Source of the DNA: Alteromonadales bacterium
GTDB taxonomy: Bacteria; Pseudomonadota; Gammaproteobacteria; Enterobacterales; GCA-2746155
Direction of reading: 5' to 3'
Length of the DNA: 38,100 nucleotides
Assembly: GCA_964228485.1 (NCBI GenBank)
Contig: CAXRAF010000023.1
Location: 1 to 38,100, forward strand
Position 1 is the stretch's first letter, and each line of letters opens with the position of its first letter. This document shows, piece by piece, positions 8,215 to 16,388 of this stretch. The notes beneath the pieces are model-generated. The model did not search any database. It was not told the origin of the DNA and saw nothing but the letters and a program-made list of their open reading frames with translations. Made by a program: the position numbers and the translations under genes.

Positions 8215-9141
8215 ATGAAACTAGATCAATGGAGCCGGTATTGGCAAGCGGGGCAACTCACCTCGTTGCCACAAGATTTTGCTGTCAATTATGAGGGCGA
8301 GATTTATGATTATTGGGTGTCATATTTTTCTGAATTGCCGAGCGCAGCTTCAGTACTTGATTTATGTACAGGTAACGGTGCTGTAGCACTACTCGCTCAA
8401 ACATTTTCTGATCAACAATCTAAACAATTATCTATTACCGGTTTAGATGGCGCTTCAATTAGTCTAGAAGCCATTCACAAACGCTACCCTGATTTGTCTA
8501 AACAAATTGACGCGGTTAATTTTATTGATAATCAAGCCATTGAAACCATGTCTCTTGATGATAAGTTTGATTTAATTACAAGCCAGTACGGTATTGAATA
8601 TTGTGACTGGTCTGTTGTGGCATCAATAGTAACGCAACACCTTAAGCCTGGAGGTCAATTTGTTATTATTACTCATGCTCCTGAAACAGACATTACGCAG
8701 TACATGAAGCAGGAGCGATCAGAGTATGACGCAATTAAAGAAGCAAAATTTTTCAATGCCGTGGATAATATTCTGACAGGACAAATTAACTTCGCTGCAT
8801 TTAAGAAACAGATGGTGTCTCTGCAAAAGCACTTGGCACGAATGCTTCAAAGCAAATCAAGTCCATTAATTCAGGGAATCTATAACTTTACTCAGCATAT
8901 TATTGCGAGTGACTATGAGACCTTTACTCAACAGCGTAATCAATTAGAGTCTTATTACCTCGATCACTTATTTGCCTATGAAAGACTTAATGACATATTG
9001 ACTGTCTCGGAGCGATTAGCCGAAAATAAGGAATGGTATAAACCGTTTTGTGATGCTGGACTTGATATAATTTCGGTCAAGCCAATCTTACAAGGTGGAA
9101 GACATTTAGCAGGTATTGGATATCATTTTGCCAAACCTTAA
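8215..9141 (+). CDS. class I SAM-dependent methyltransferase
   Basis: Motif I VLDLCTGNGAVALL. N-terminal WSRYWQAGQ is reminiscent of TPMT/halide-thiol methyltransferase N-termini (tentative). I use the ATG at 8215 because the 8167 start would translate through the terminator hairpin. Confidence 0.8.
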   Translation: MKLDQWSRYWQAGQLTSLPQDFAVNYEGEIYDYWVSYFSELPSAASVLDLCTGNGAVALLAQTFSDQQSKQLSITGLDGASISLEAIHKRYPDLSKQIDAVNFIDNQAIETMSLDDKFDLITSQYGIEYCDWSVVASIVTQHLKPGGQFVIITHAPETDITQYMKQERSEYDAIKEAKFFNAVDNILTGQINFAAFKKQMVSLQKHLARMLQSKSSPLIQGIYNFTQHIIASDYETFTQQRNQLESYYLDHLFAYERLNDILTVSERLAENKEWYKPFCDAGLDIISVKPILQGGRHLAGIGYHFAKP

Positions 9142-9155
9142 TTTACGATTACTCA

Positions 9156-11690
9156 ATGAAGAATAAATTAACACCTCTATCTGTTTTAAAAGTGAATCCT
9201 GACTATCAGTTATTAGTTAGAGGTGCGAGCATTCAATGTACAAAGCTTGATATCCGTGAAGCTGCCATTCCACTTCAACCACTGCATCTGTTATTGATTG
9301 AAACATTCCTATCCGCTAAGAATGTGACGGACGCATTTCAGGCATTCATTAATTCTGATTTAACGAAACGACTCATGGGCAATGTGCCTGAAAACGCGGT
9401 TTTGAGTCGTATTGCGGAATTGTATAGCAAAGACATTTTAATTGAATCACCAGCATCGAGCGTATCTGACTCTGTTGCGATAACGATGCAGTCGCCTAAG
9501 AAAGCTCCAGTCGATGATGTGTATACGGGTTGTTATATAACACATCGTAATTTAGCAATACATTTCGCTGAATCTGGATTCATTGCCAAATTTAGCGACG
9601 CGAGTCGTGATCAAAAGATTTCTATCAATGAGTTATTTACTTTGTTGGCAATTGGGCAGGCGCAAGAGATAGAAAAGTCTGATCGCTATAAGGCACCACA
9701 TATTGCATCAGAGGATCATTGGGAGATGATCGCAGGCTTTATTACCAGTGGAGTGATTGTAAAGAAACAGATCCTCGAGACTGAGGATCAAACAGAAAAG
9801 GTTGAGCATGAGTCTTCTTCGACAGCCTGGCAAGAACTTGAACCAGAATGTAATAAAACGCCAATTTATTTCGTTCCTCATACAGAGAATCATTACCCAT
9901 TAGCTTTGGGGCTAATCTATACAGCCATTCAAGATTATGAGGGCGGAGGTTTGTTAGACAAGTTTCAACTAATCCCGATTGTCTACATGAATGCAGAGCA
10001 GTTTTTATCGGGCCCGTATAAAAAATTTGGCTCAGGTGTTTGGCTATTCTCGAACTATTTGTGGTCGAGTGATACAAACATGGCATTGTCGAAACACGTC
10101 AAGAAAGATTCTAAGAAAAATATCACGATTCATGGTGGACCAAGCACACCAGATTATGAGCAGGCCTGTGAAGAATTCTTTGCTGAACATACGTCTGTAG
10201 ACATTGCCGTTCATGCTGAGGGCGAGGTTGCCATTGCTCAGATATTAAGCGCCATGATGCATTCAGATGACCATGTCTCCTATAACAAGCAGGATATGTC
10301 TGAAATAGCTGGCATTTCTTTCCGAGATGAGAAGGATGGTATCTCTATCGTGCAGCACACTGCGTCGCGAACACGCATGGCTGATCCTAACATTATCCCA
10401 TCGCCTTATATGGCAGGTGTGTTTGACCATTATGGCTCAGATATTGAAGCGGCAATCATTGAAACCAATCGTGGCTGCCCATTCGGCTGCACCTTTTGTG
10501 ATTGGGGCTCTGCGATTAATCAAAAAGTCAGGCGCTTTGATATGGATCGTGTGAAAGAGGAAATCGAATGGATTGCACGAAATAAAACCAAAGTACTGTG
10601 GATTGCAGATGCTAACTTCGGAATGCTGGATCGTGATGTCGAAGTAGCGCAAACGATTATCGATTTAAAGGAACAATACGGCTTTCCACATGAGGTTGTT
10701 GTTAACTACACCAAAAACACCACAGTTCGTCTGGTTGAGATTATCAAGATCTTCACTGAGGGTGGCATTATCAGTCAGGGCGTTATTTCTATTCAAAGTA
10801 TGGACGCCAAGACTCTGGAAGTGATTGATCGCAAAAATATTAAACTCAGTAAATATGATGAACTGAGAAAGATTTTTTCCGATCTTAAGTTACCGCTGTC
10901 AACCGACCTAATGCTTGGTCTACCAGGTACAACGATGACAGCACTTAAAAATGATCTGCAGCATTATATTGATGCAGATGTCCCCGTTAAGGCCTACCCA
11001 ACACAATTATTGCCCAATAGCCCGATGGCAGATCCCGATTACATGCGCAAGTATGAAATCCAAACCTATGATGATGGTTTTTTAAAATCGACCTATAGCT
11101 ACACCGAAGAAGATCTCATCAAGATGAAAGGTCTGTATAAGACCTTCACTATGGCTGACGGGTACGGGCTGTTGCGTTATGTCATTCGCTTCCTGCAGTG
11201 GGAATACAACATAAAAGCGATTGATTTCATTGCAGAGCTTATGGTTTCAATTAAAGACAATCCTATGCAGTATCCATTATTGTCATATGCAACGGTCTTT
11301 TTTGAGACTGAGAAGTCAATTCCGGGTGGTTGGCCATTATTTTATGCCCAGTTAAAAAACTACATTCTGGACAAATATTCAGTGAGTGATGACTCGGCAT
11401 TGGATACTGTTTTAAAGGTGAATGCCGCCGTTATGCCCGATGAAGCGGTTGCTTATCCAATGACCATTCATCTAGACCATGACATCATCCAATACTTTAT
11501 CGCTCAGCAGCAAAAATCTGATGATGATAAGCCAGAAGCGCTTCATACCTATGCGCCAGGCGAATTAGTGATTTCAGATCCAGATGGTATGGTGAATATC
11601 GATGCACAATTCTTGCAGTATGATTCACATCAGTTTTTCTGGGAGTTATTATCTGATGTATCAAGAGTGCGATCTGCCTTCACACTCTAA
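9156..11690 (+). CDS. B12-binding-domain-type (class B-like) radical SAM enzyme, 844 aa, with a long N-terminal extension
   Basis: CX3CX2C cluster motif ETNRGCPFGCTFCDWG (Cys441/445/448, nt 10476-10499). A Rossmann-like segment IYFVPHTENHYPLALGLIYTAIQ...ITIHGGPSTP lies upstream. About 230 aa N-terminal and about 200 aa C-terminal are unassigned. Confidence 0.85.
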   Translation: MKNKLTPLSVLKVNPDYQLLVRGASIQCTKLDIREAAIPLQPLHLLLIETFLSAKNVTDAFQAFINSDLTKRLMGNVPENAVLSRIAELYSKDILIESPASSVSDSVAITMQSPKKAPVDDVYTGCYITHRNLAIHFAESGFIAKFSDASRDQKISINELFTLLAIGQAQEIEKSDRYKAPHIASEDHWEMIAGFITSGVIVKKQILETEDQTEKVEHESSSTAWQELEPECNKTPIYFVPHTENHYPLALGLIYTAIQDYEGGGLLDKFQLIPIVYMNAEQFLSGPYKKFGSGVWLFSNYLWSSDTNMALSKHVKKDSKKNITIHGGPSTPDYEQACEEFFAEHTSVDIAVHAEGEVAIAQILSAMMHSDDHVSYNKQDMSEIAGISFRDEKDGISIVQHTASRTRMADPNIIPSPYMAGVFDHYGSDIEAAIIETNRGCPFGCTFCDWGSAINQKVRRFDMDRVKEEIEWIARNKTKVLWIADANFGMLDRDVEVAQTIIDLKEQYGFPHEVVVNYTKNTTVRLVEIIKIFTEGGIISQGVISIQSMDAKTLEVIDRKNIKLSKYDELRKIFSDLKLPLSTDLMLGLPGTTMTALKNDLQHYIDADVPVKAYPTQLLPNSPMADPDYMRKYEIQTYDDGFLKSTYSYTEEDLIKMKGLYKTFTMADGYGLLRYVIRFLQWEYNIKAIDFIAELMVSIKDNPMQYPLLSYATVFFETEKSIPGGWPLFYAQLKNYILDKYSVSDDSALDTVLKVNAAVMPDEAVAYPMTIHLDHDIIQYFIAQQQKSDDDKPEALHTYAPGELVISDPDGMVNIDAQFLQYDSHQFFWELLSDVSRVRSAFTL

Positions 11691-11936
11691 CTAAATTCGA
11701 TGTTCGATATACCCTCTCTCTGCAGTTAAAAGTGCTCTGTCAGTTAGGATAATGGCAATAGGACAGAGGTGTCATTACTCTGATGGCTCAACGCCAATAG
11801 TGGGATGACTCTAAGATATTAATGCAATTAAATAAACGTTAATTCAGGACGTTTAATCCGTCTATTCGTTGGACTTGGACCGGCAATATCGTTATTCTCA
11901 TGAGAGTCCATTAAGTAGATATATTCCGGATATACT

Positions 11937-13493
11937 ATGATTAAAAACATTGTCATTGTCGGTGGTGGTACTGCAGGTTGGATGACGGCTTCGGCCTTTG
12001 TAAAACATCTACCAAAAAGCTGTAAGATTCGTCTGATAGAGTCTGATGCGATTGCTACTGTCGGCGTAGGTGAAGCTACCATTCCTGTGATTCGCCAGTT
12101 TAATAGTATCTTAGGCATTGATGAACGTGAGTTCATGAGTAAAACAAATGCCAGTTTTAAATTGGGTATTCGCTTTGAAAATTGGGCGCATCGTGGCGAT
12201 AGTTATGACCATGCTTTCGGGTATTATGGCATACCCATGAATGATGTCTCATTTCATCATTATTGGGTAAAGCAACATCAACATGGCAAGGGCGGTAATA
12301 TTGAAGATTACAACGTTCCTGCTGTAGCTTCAGAAGAGCAACGATATGCTCATCGACAGTACAATGATAGTCGTTTTGACTCGCGCTATTTTTATGCATT
12401 CCAATTCGATGCCAGTCTCTACGCTCAATTTCTCCGCAACTGGTCTACCTCTCGTGGTGTCACCAGAACCGAAGGGAAAGTCCAAGAAATTTATCAAAAC
12501 CAAGAAACCGGGTACATTACTTCAATCTTGCTAGAGTCAGGCGAGAAAGTCAGTGCCGATTTATTTATCGACTGCACAGGCTTCCGAGGCATACTTATTA
12601 ATCAAACTATGGGCGTAAACTTCCGTGACTGGAGTCACTGGTTACCATGTAACCGTGCCTGGGCGGTGTCATCATCTTATCCGAGTGCTGATTCATCGAT
12701 TCCACCATACACCCGCGCAAGGGCGTTAGAGGCCGGTTGGCAGTGGCGTATTCCGCTACAGAATCGCTCAGGAGACGGCAATGTATTCTGTTGCGACTTT
12801 ATTTCTGAAGAACGTGGACGCGAGCAGTTACTAGAGAATATCGAAGGTGACCCATTGAATGAACCTCGATTATTGAAGTTCACCACGGGTATGAGAGAGC
12901 GATTATGGGATAAGAATTGTGTGGCAATTGGTTTGTCTGCAGGATTCTTGGAGCCATTAGAATCAACGAGTATTGCTCTGATTCAAGCGACCATCATGAT
13001 CTTCTTGAAAAACTTCCCTGATAAAGATTTTGATAGCATTCGTCGTGATGAGTTTAACCGCAGGATGGTCAATAAATATGAGGAGTCTCGAAACTTCTTG
13101 ATCCTGCACTATCACGCTATTCAACGTGAAGACACAGAGTTCTGGAAGTATTGCAAAAACATGTCCGTGCCAGATGAGCTGAGACATCGACTAGACCTGT
13201 TCAAAGAAACGGGCTATGTGTCAAACCTAGCCTCAGATCTCTTCCTTGAGCACAATTGGCTAGCCGTACTCTTTGGTCAAGACATCGTTCCGACTAATTA
13301 CGACTTGCGAGTGAATATGGTCTCTGATGAGGAATCTTTGGCGAGTATGGAAAGTATGAGCAGGGAAATCTCAAATGTTATTCAAGAAATGCCCACGCAT
13401 AACCAAACATTGGCTGATTATTGTGCAGGCGATCTAATTTCTCTAATTAAGTCAACCAACACAGCACCTACAGTAGATGGAGTAGTGCAATAA
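11937..13493 (+). CDS. flavin-dependent halogenase family protein (tryptophan-halogenase-like), motifs intact
   Basis: Has IVGGGTAGW (GxGxxG), GVGEATIP, the FKLG lysine, GWQWRIPLQ (WxWxIP) and GFLEPLESTSI. Confidence 0.87.
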   Translation: MIKNIVIVGGGTAGWMTASAFVKHLPKSCKIRLIESDAIATVGVGEATIPVIRQFNSILGIDEREFMSKTNASFKLGIRFENWAHRGDSYDHAFGYYGIPMNDVSFHHYWVKQHQHGKGGNIEDYNVPAVASEEQRYAHRQYNDSRFDSRYFYAFQFDASLYAQFLRNWSTSRGVTRTEGKVQEIYQNQETGYITSILLESGEKVSADLFIDCTGFRGILINQTMGVNFRDWSHWLPCNRAWAVSSSYPSADSSIPPYTRARALEAGWQWRIPLQNRSGDGNVFCCDFISEERGREQLLENIEGDPLNEPRLLKFTTGMRERLWDKNCVAIGLSAGFLEPLESTSIALIQATIMIFLKNFPDKDFDSIRRDEFNRRMVNKYEESRNFLILHYHAIQREDTEFWKYCKNMSVPDELRHRLDLFKETGYVSNLASDLFLEHNWLAVLFGQDIVPTNYDLRVNMVSDEESLASMESMSREISNVIQEMPTHNQTLADYCAGDLISLIKSTNTAPTVDGVVQ

Positions 13494-13494
13494 C

Positions 13495-14973
13495 ATGACT
13501 AAGCCAATGCACCTGGTGATTGCAGGTACGCCACTCGAGGCTTCTTTACTGACAGCTTGGTTCAGAAACTCTTACACCACAGAGGATTTAAATATTACTC
13601 TGGTTACTGAGGCTAGTTCTGTTAGACAGAGAGTTCATCAATTGAACTATAAAAATTTAGGCGTCATTTCTCACTTAGGTCTAGATGAGAAGGCTTTTAT
13701 GAAATTAACGGGTGCTACCTTCAATCTAGGTACCTGGCATAAAGGTTGGCTCGATAATTCACATCATTATTTTCAACCATTTGGAACTCACGGCGGTTCA
13801 ATGGATTTCGTGTCATTTCAGCACTACTTGTTTAAAAGACGCGGCATCGATACAGATATCAGTTATGAAGATTATTCTTTATCCTGTGTGGCTGCGTATA
13901 AAGGAAAGTTCACTCATCCGAAGTCAGATCAAAACTCCATTGCCTCTACCATCGGCTATTCTTTAGCGATAGATGAACAGGTAACTGTGAGAGGCTTACT
14001 AGACTATTTTTCAAATGTAGAAGTTACATATCATGATGCTTCGGTCTCTTCGGTCTCCGTCTCTGATGGTGTCATTAATGCGCTTGAGTTATCTGATGGT
14101 AGCCAACTGTCAGCAGACATATATCTAGACTGTACTGGAACTGAAAGACTCTTGATCAAGGAGTTGCCTGACTATGTTTTTCATCCTTGGAGCGAGCTTG
14201 GTAGTTATAATCGTACAGATTTCACCATCAATGCCACAGATGATTTACCTCCCTACAGCGAAATAATTAAGACAAAGTCTGGATGGTTGAGGTTAGATCG
14301 CAGTCAGACGACAACTGCTGGACAGTTCTATAGTAAGAGTCAGAACTCGACAGATGAAGTAATCAATGAGCTCTCAGAGGTATTAAACGGTGCCGAAGTC
14401 TCATTAGGAATGAGTGAAGAGGTTCAACCAGGTCGTTTAGAGAGCCTATGGTTAGGTAATTGTATCGCCATTGGTGAAACCGCAGCCTGCTTTGAAGCGC
14501 TTGATTGTAGTCCAATACATTCGTTAATCGCTCAGACATTTCGTTTATTGGATTTATTCCCGCGAAGCGAAGATATTGCCCTGCAGCGTTTCGAGTTTAA
14601 TCGTAAAGCAATTTGGTGGCATGACAATATTCGTGATTTTAATGTACTCCGTCACGCAATGCTCAACAAAAGACAAACTTTGTCTGAGTTGATTTCCTCT
14701 GAGCTACCGGAAAGCTTGAAACATAAACTATCGTTATATCAAAGCAACGGTCAGATGGCTGATTCTGAGGAAGAACCATTTCATGATGACTATCTGACTT
14801 CAACACTTATCGGGTTAGAGCTGTTTCCGCAAAAATATAATCCGTTGCTGGAATCATTTGATATGAATGAGTTGAACAATCGGTTTAACTCAATGCGAGA
14901 CAAAATTTCACTGGCTTCAGATATCATGCCAGTGCATCAAGATTACTTACAGAGATATTTGTCGGTTAACTAG
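13495..14973 (+). CDS. degenerate halogenase-family paralogue (predicted non-catalytic)
   Basis: Collinear with the upstream halogenase, but GGGTAGW becomes AGTPLEA, GEATIP becomes VHQLNY, FKLG becomes FNLG, GWQWRIP becomes GWLRLDR, and FLEPLEST becomes FEALDCS. Starts 1 nt after the upstream stop. Confidence 0.75.
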   Translation: MTKPMHLVIAGTPLEASLLTAWFRNSYTTEDLNITLVTEASSVRQRVHQLNYKNLGVISHLGLDEKAFMKLTGATFNLGTWHKGWLDNSHHYFQPFGTHGGSMDFVSFQHYLFKRRGIDTDISYEDYSLSCVAAYKGKFTHPKSDQNSIASTIGYSLAIDEQVTVRGLLDYFSNVEVTYHDASVSSVSVSDGVINALELSDGSQLSADIYLDCTGTERLLIKELPDYVFHPWSELGSYNRTDFTINATDDLPPYSEIIKTKSGWLRLDRSQTTTAGQFYSKSQNSTDEVINELSEVLNGAEVSLGMSEEVQPGRLESLWLGNCIAIGETAACFEALDCSPIHSLIAQTFRLLDLFPRSEDIALQRFEFNRKAIWWHDNIRDFNVLRHAMLNKRQTLSELISSELPESLKHKLSLYQSNGQMADSEEEPFHDDYLTSTLIGLELFPQKYNPLLESFDMNELNNRFNSMRDKISLASDIMPVHQDYLQRYLSVN

Positions 14974-15028
14974 TTTTCTATATAATTGGCAGCAATTTGT
15001 GCAGTGATATCAGCAGTCTCGGGCAGCG

Positions 15029-15784
15029 TTATTTCCCTTGCTGTCCGTATTTATAGCGTTCTAAGATATCCTTCCTTATATCCGCGATAGCTTCGTGCGC
15101 ATCGACGAGTTGCTTGTATGACGAATCCGGTAATCCAAGCGAACACCCCATACTTAATTCCGTACTACTCATTCGAAAAGCAATTACGGGCTGTGGGATA
15201 CCAACATACTGCGCAGCCAGTGGTCCATCGACAATACCTGCTGCCCATAAGTCGCCACGACCTTTAGCAAACATTCTAGCTGCCGTTCTATCATTTTGCG
15301 CTTTCACAAGAGTCGCTCCGTGATTGGTATCTAGCCCCTTACCGGCAACCCCATCTATTTTTGCTACAACTGTATAGTTCTTAAGCTGTTCCAATGATGT
15401 GATTTCAATTTTCGAATCTTTGTGTTTATATAATGCAAGTCCACCCAAGATCATCGGACCTACCCAGCGGTACTTATCCCTTCTTTCCAGTGTGTTATTC
15501 ATGATGAAAATACATGAGTTGGGATCTTTTGACTGCCTTTTAAGTAATCTCAGCCAGGGCATTACTTCAATATTCGCTACTAGGTCAGTCCTTTTAAGAA
15601 TTTCTTGAACGATTTCGTAAGCAATACCAGTGAGCTCGTTTGTGCTGTCCTTGTAGTAGACATAAGGATGATTAATTTCCGTGTACAGAGTAATTTGATT
15701 ATTACTTTTGACTGAAGTGGAACTCTCAGCAGCAATGGCTCCTAATGAGAGAATGAGTATTAATTTGGCGGCGATTAGCTTCAT
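15029..15784 (-). CDS. periplasmic solute-binding protein, family 3 (amino-acid-type), orphan
   Basis: Signal peptide MKLIAAKLILILSLGAIAAE and an SBP_bac_3-like body. No permease or ATPase partner is adjacent. Confidence 0.78.
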   Translation of the reverse strand: MKLIAAKLILILSLGAIAAESSTSVKSNNQITLYTEINHPYVYYKDSTNELTGIAYEIVQEILKRTDLVANIEVMPWLRLLKRQSKDPNSCIFIMNNTLERRDKYRWVGPMILGGLALYKHKDSKIEITSLEQLKNYTVVAKIDGVAGKGLDTNHGATLVKAQNDRTAARMFAKGRGDLWAAGIVDGPLAAQYVGIPQPVIAFRMSSTELSMGCSLGLPDSSYKQLVDAHEAIADIRKDILERYKYGQQGK

Positions 15785-15827
15785 ATGACTGAGTAATAAT
15801 ATTGTTGATCATGTTGTTGTATGGAAG

Positions 15828-15861
15828 GTTGTTTTACTTCACATGTTGTTTTACTTCACAT
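15828..15861. repeat. perfect 17-bp tandem direct repeat x2 (gttgttttacttcacat)
   Basis: Copies at 15828-15844 and 15845-15861. A partial third copy (catgttgtt) lies at 15810-18. Sits 44 nt upstream of the SBP start on the - strand. Confidence 0.9.
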
Positions 15862-16200
15862 ATTAGAAATACTTTATATTCTATTACATATTATAACTAT
15901 TGCCATGTTCTAGCCACTCAAACTTTTTAGAATCGTTTTTATCTTGGATGCTCAATAACAGACTCTGTCAGTCAATTTATGTTGTCTCGCTCCAATTCAT
16001 GTCCCATATGATTGGATTATCTAAACCAATTTATAGAATACTTAATGTGTACCAATATCCTTCGAAATTGCGTTATTGAATAGCAGAGATGAACTATAAA
16101 TCAATTAACTGTCTGATAAACAGAACAAAAATATACTTCTCAGAGGCCGTGAACACTATATCCTAGGTGATAATCGCTATAAAGTGAGTTGCTAGGGATG

Positions 16201-16247
16201 ATTGAATACGTATGTAACAGGCATATGCATAATTGAATACGTATGCA
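16201..16247. promoter_or_regulatory. two copies of a 14-bp near-palindrome with central CG (candidate LacI-type operators)
   Basis: attgaatacgtatg occurs at 16201-16214 and 16232-16245, 31 bp apart. The cores are TGAATACGTATGTA and TGAATACGTATGCA. They lie about 145-185 nt upstream of the TBDR2 start. Confidence 0.4.
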
Positions 16248-16388
16248 TAAATTAGTATGTAATTCTGAGATTCATTATCATAAGAGTGCGAAAAGTAACA
16301 TATTCAAATATGTAACAAAAATAAAATAATGATCACTCGCAAGGTTATTAAACAACAAATCACTTGTCTGATTATGGGGACTCAAGAA

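Noticed and set aside
11752-11808. An 18-aa micro-ORF (MAIGQRCHYSDGSTPIVG) between the radical SAM and halogenase genes, considered as a RiPP precursor candidate.
   Set aside because: AGGA lies only 2 nt from the ATG. The ORF sits inside a weak 7-bp/20-nt-loop hairpin and has no leader-like length. It is indistinguishable from chance without comparative data.
16329-16388. The upstream start (16329) for TBDR2.
   Set aside because: It adds 20 residues ahead of a perfectly formed signal peptide. ATG 16389 has a GGGGA Shine-Dalgarno at good spacing.
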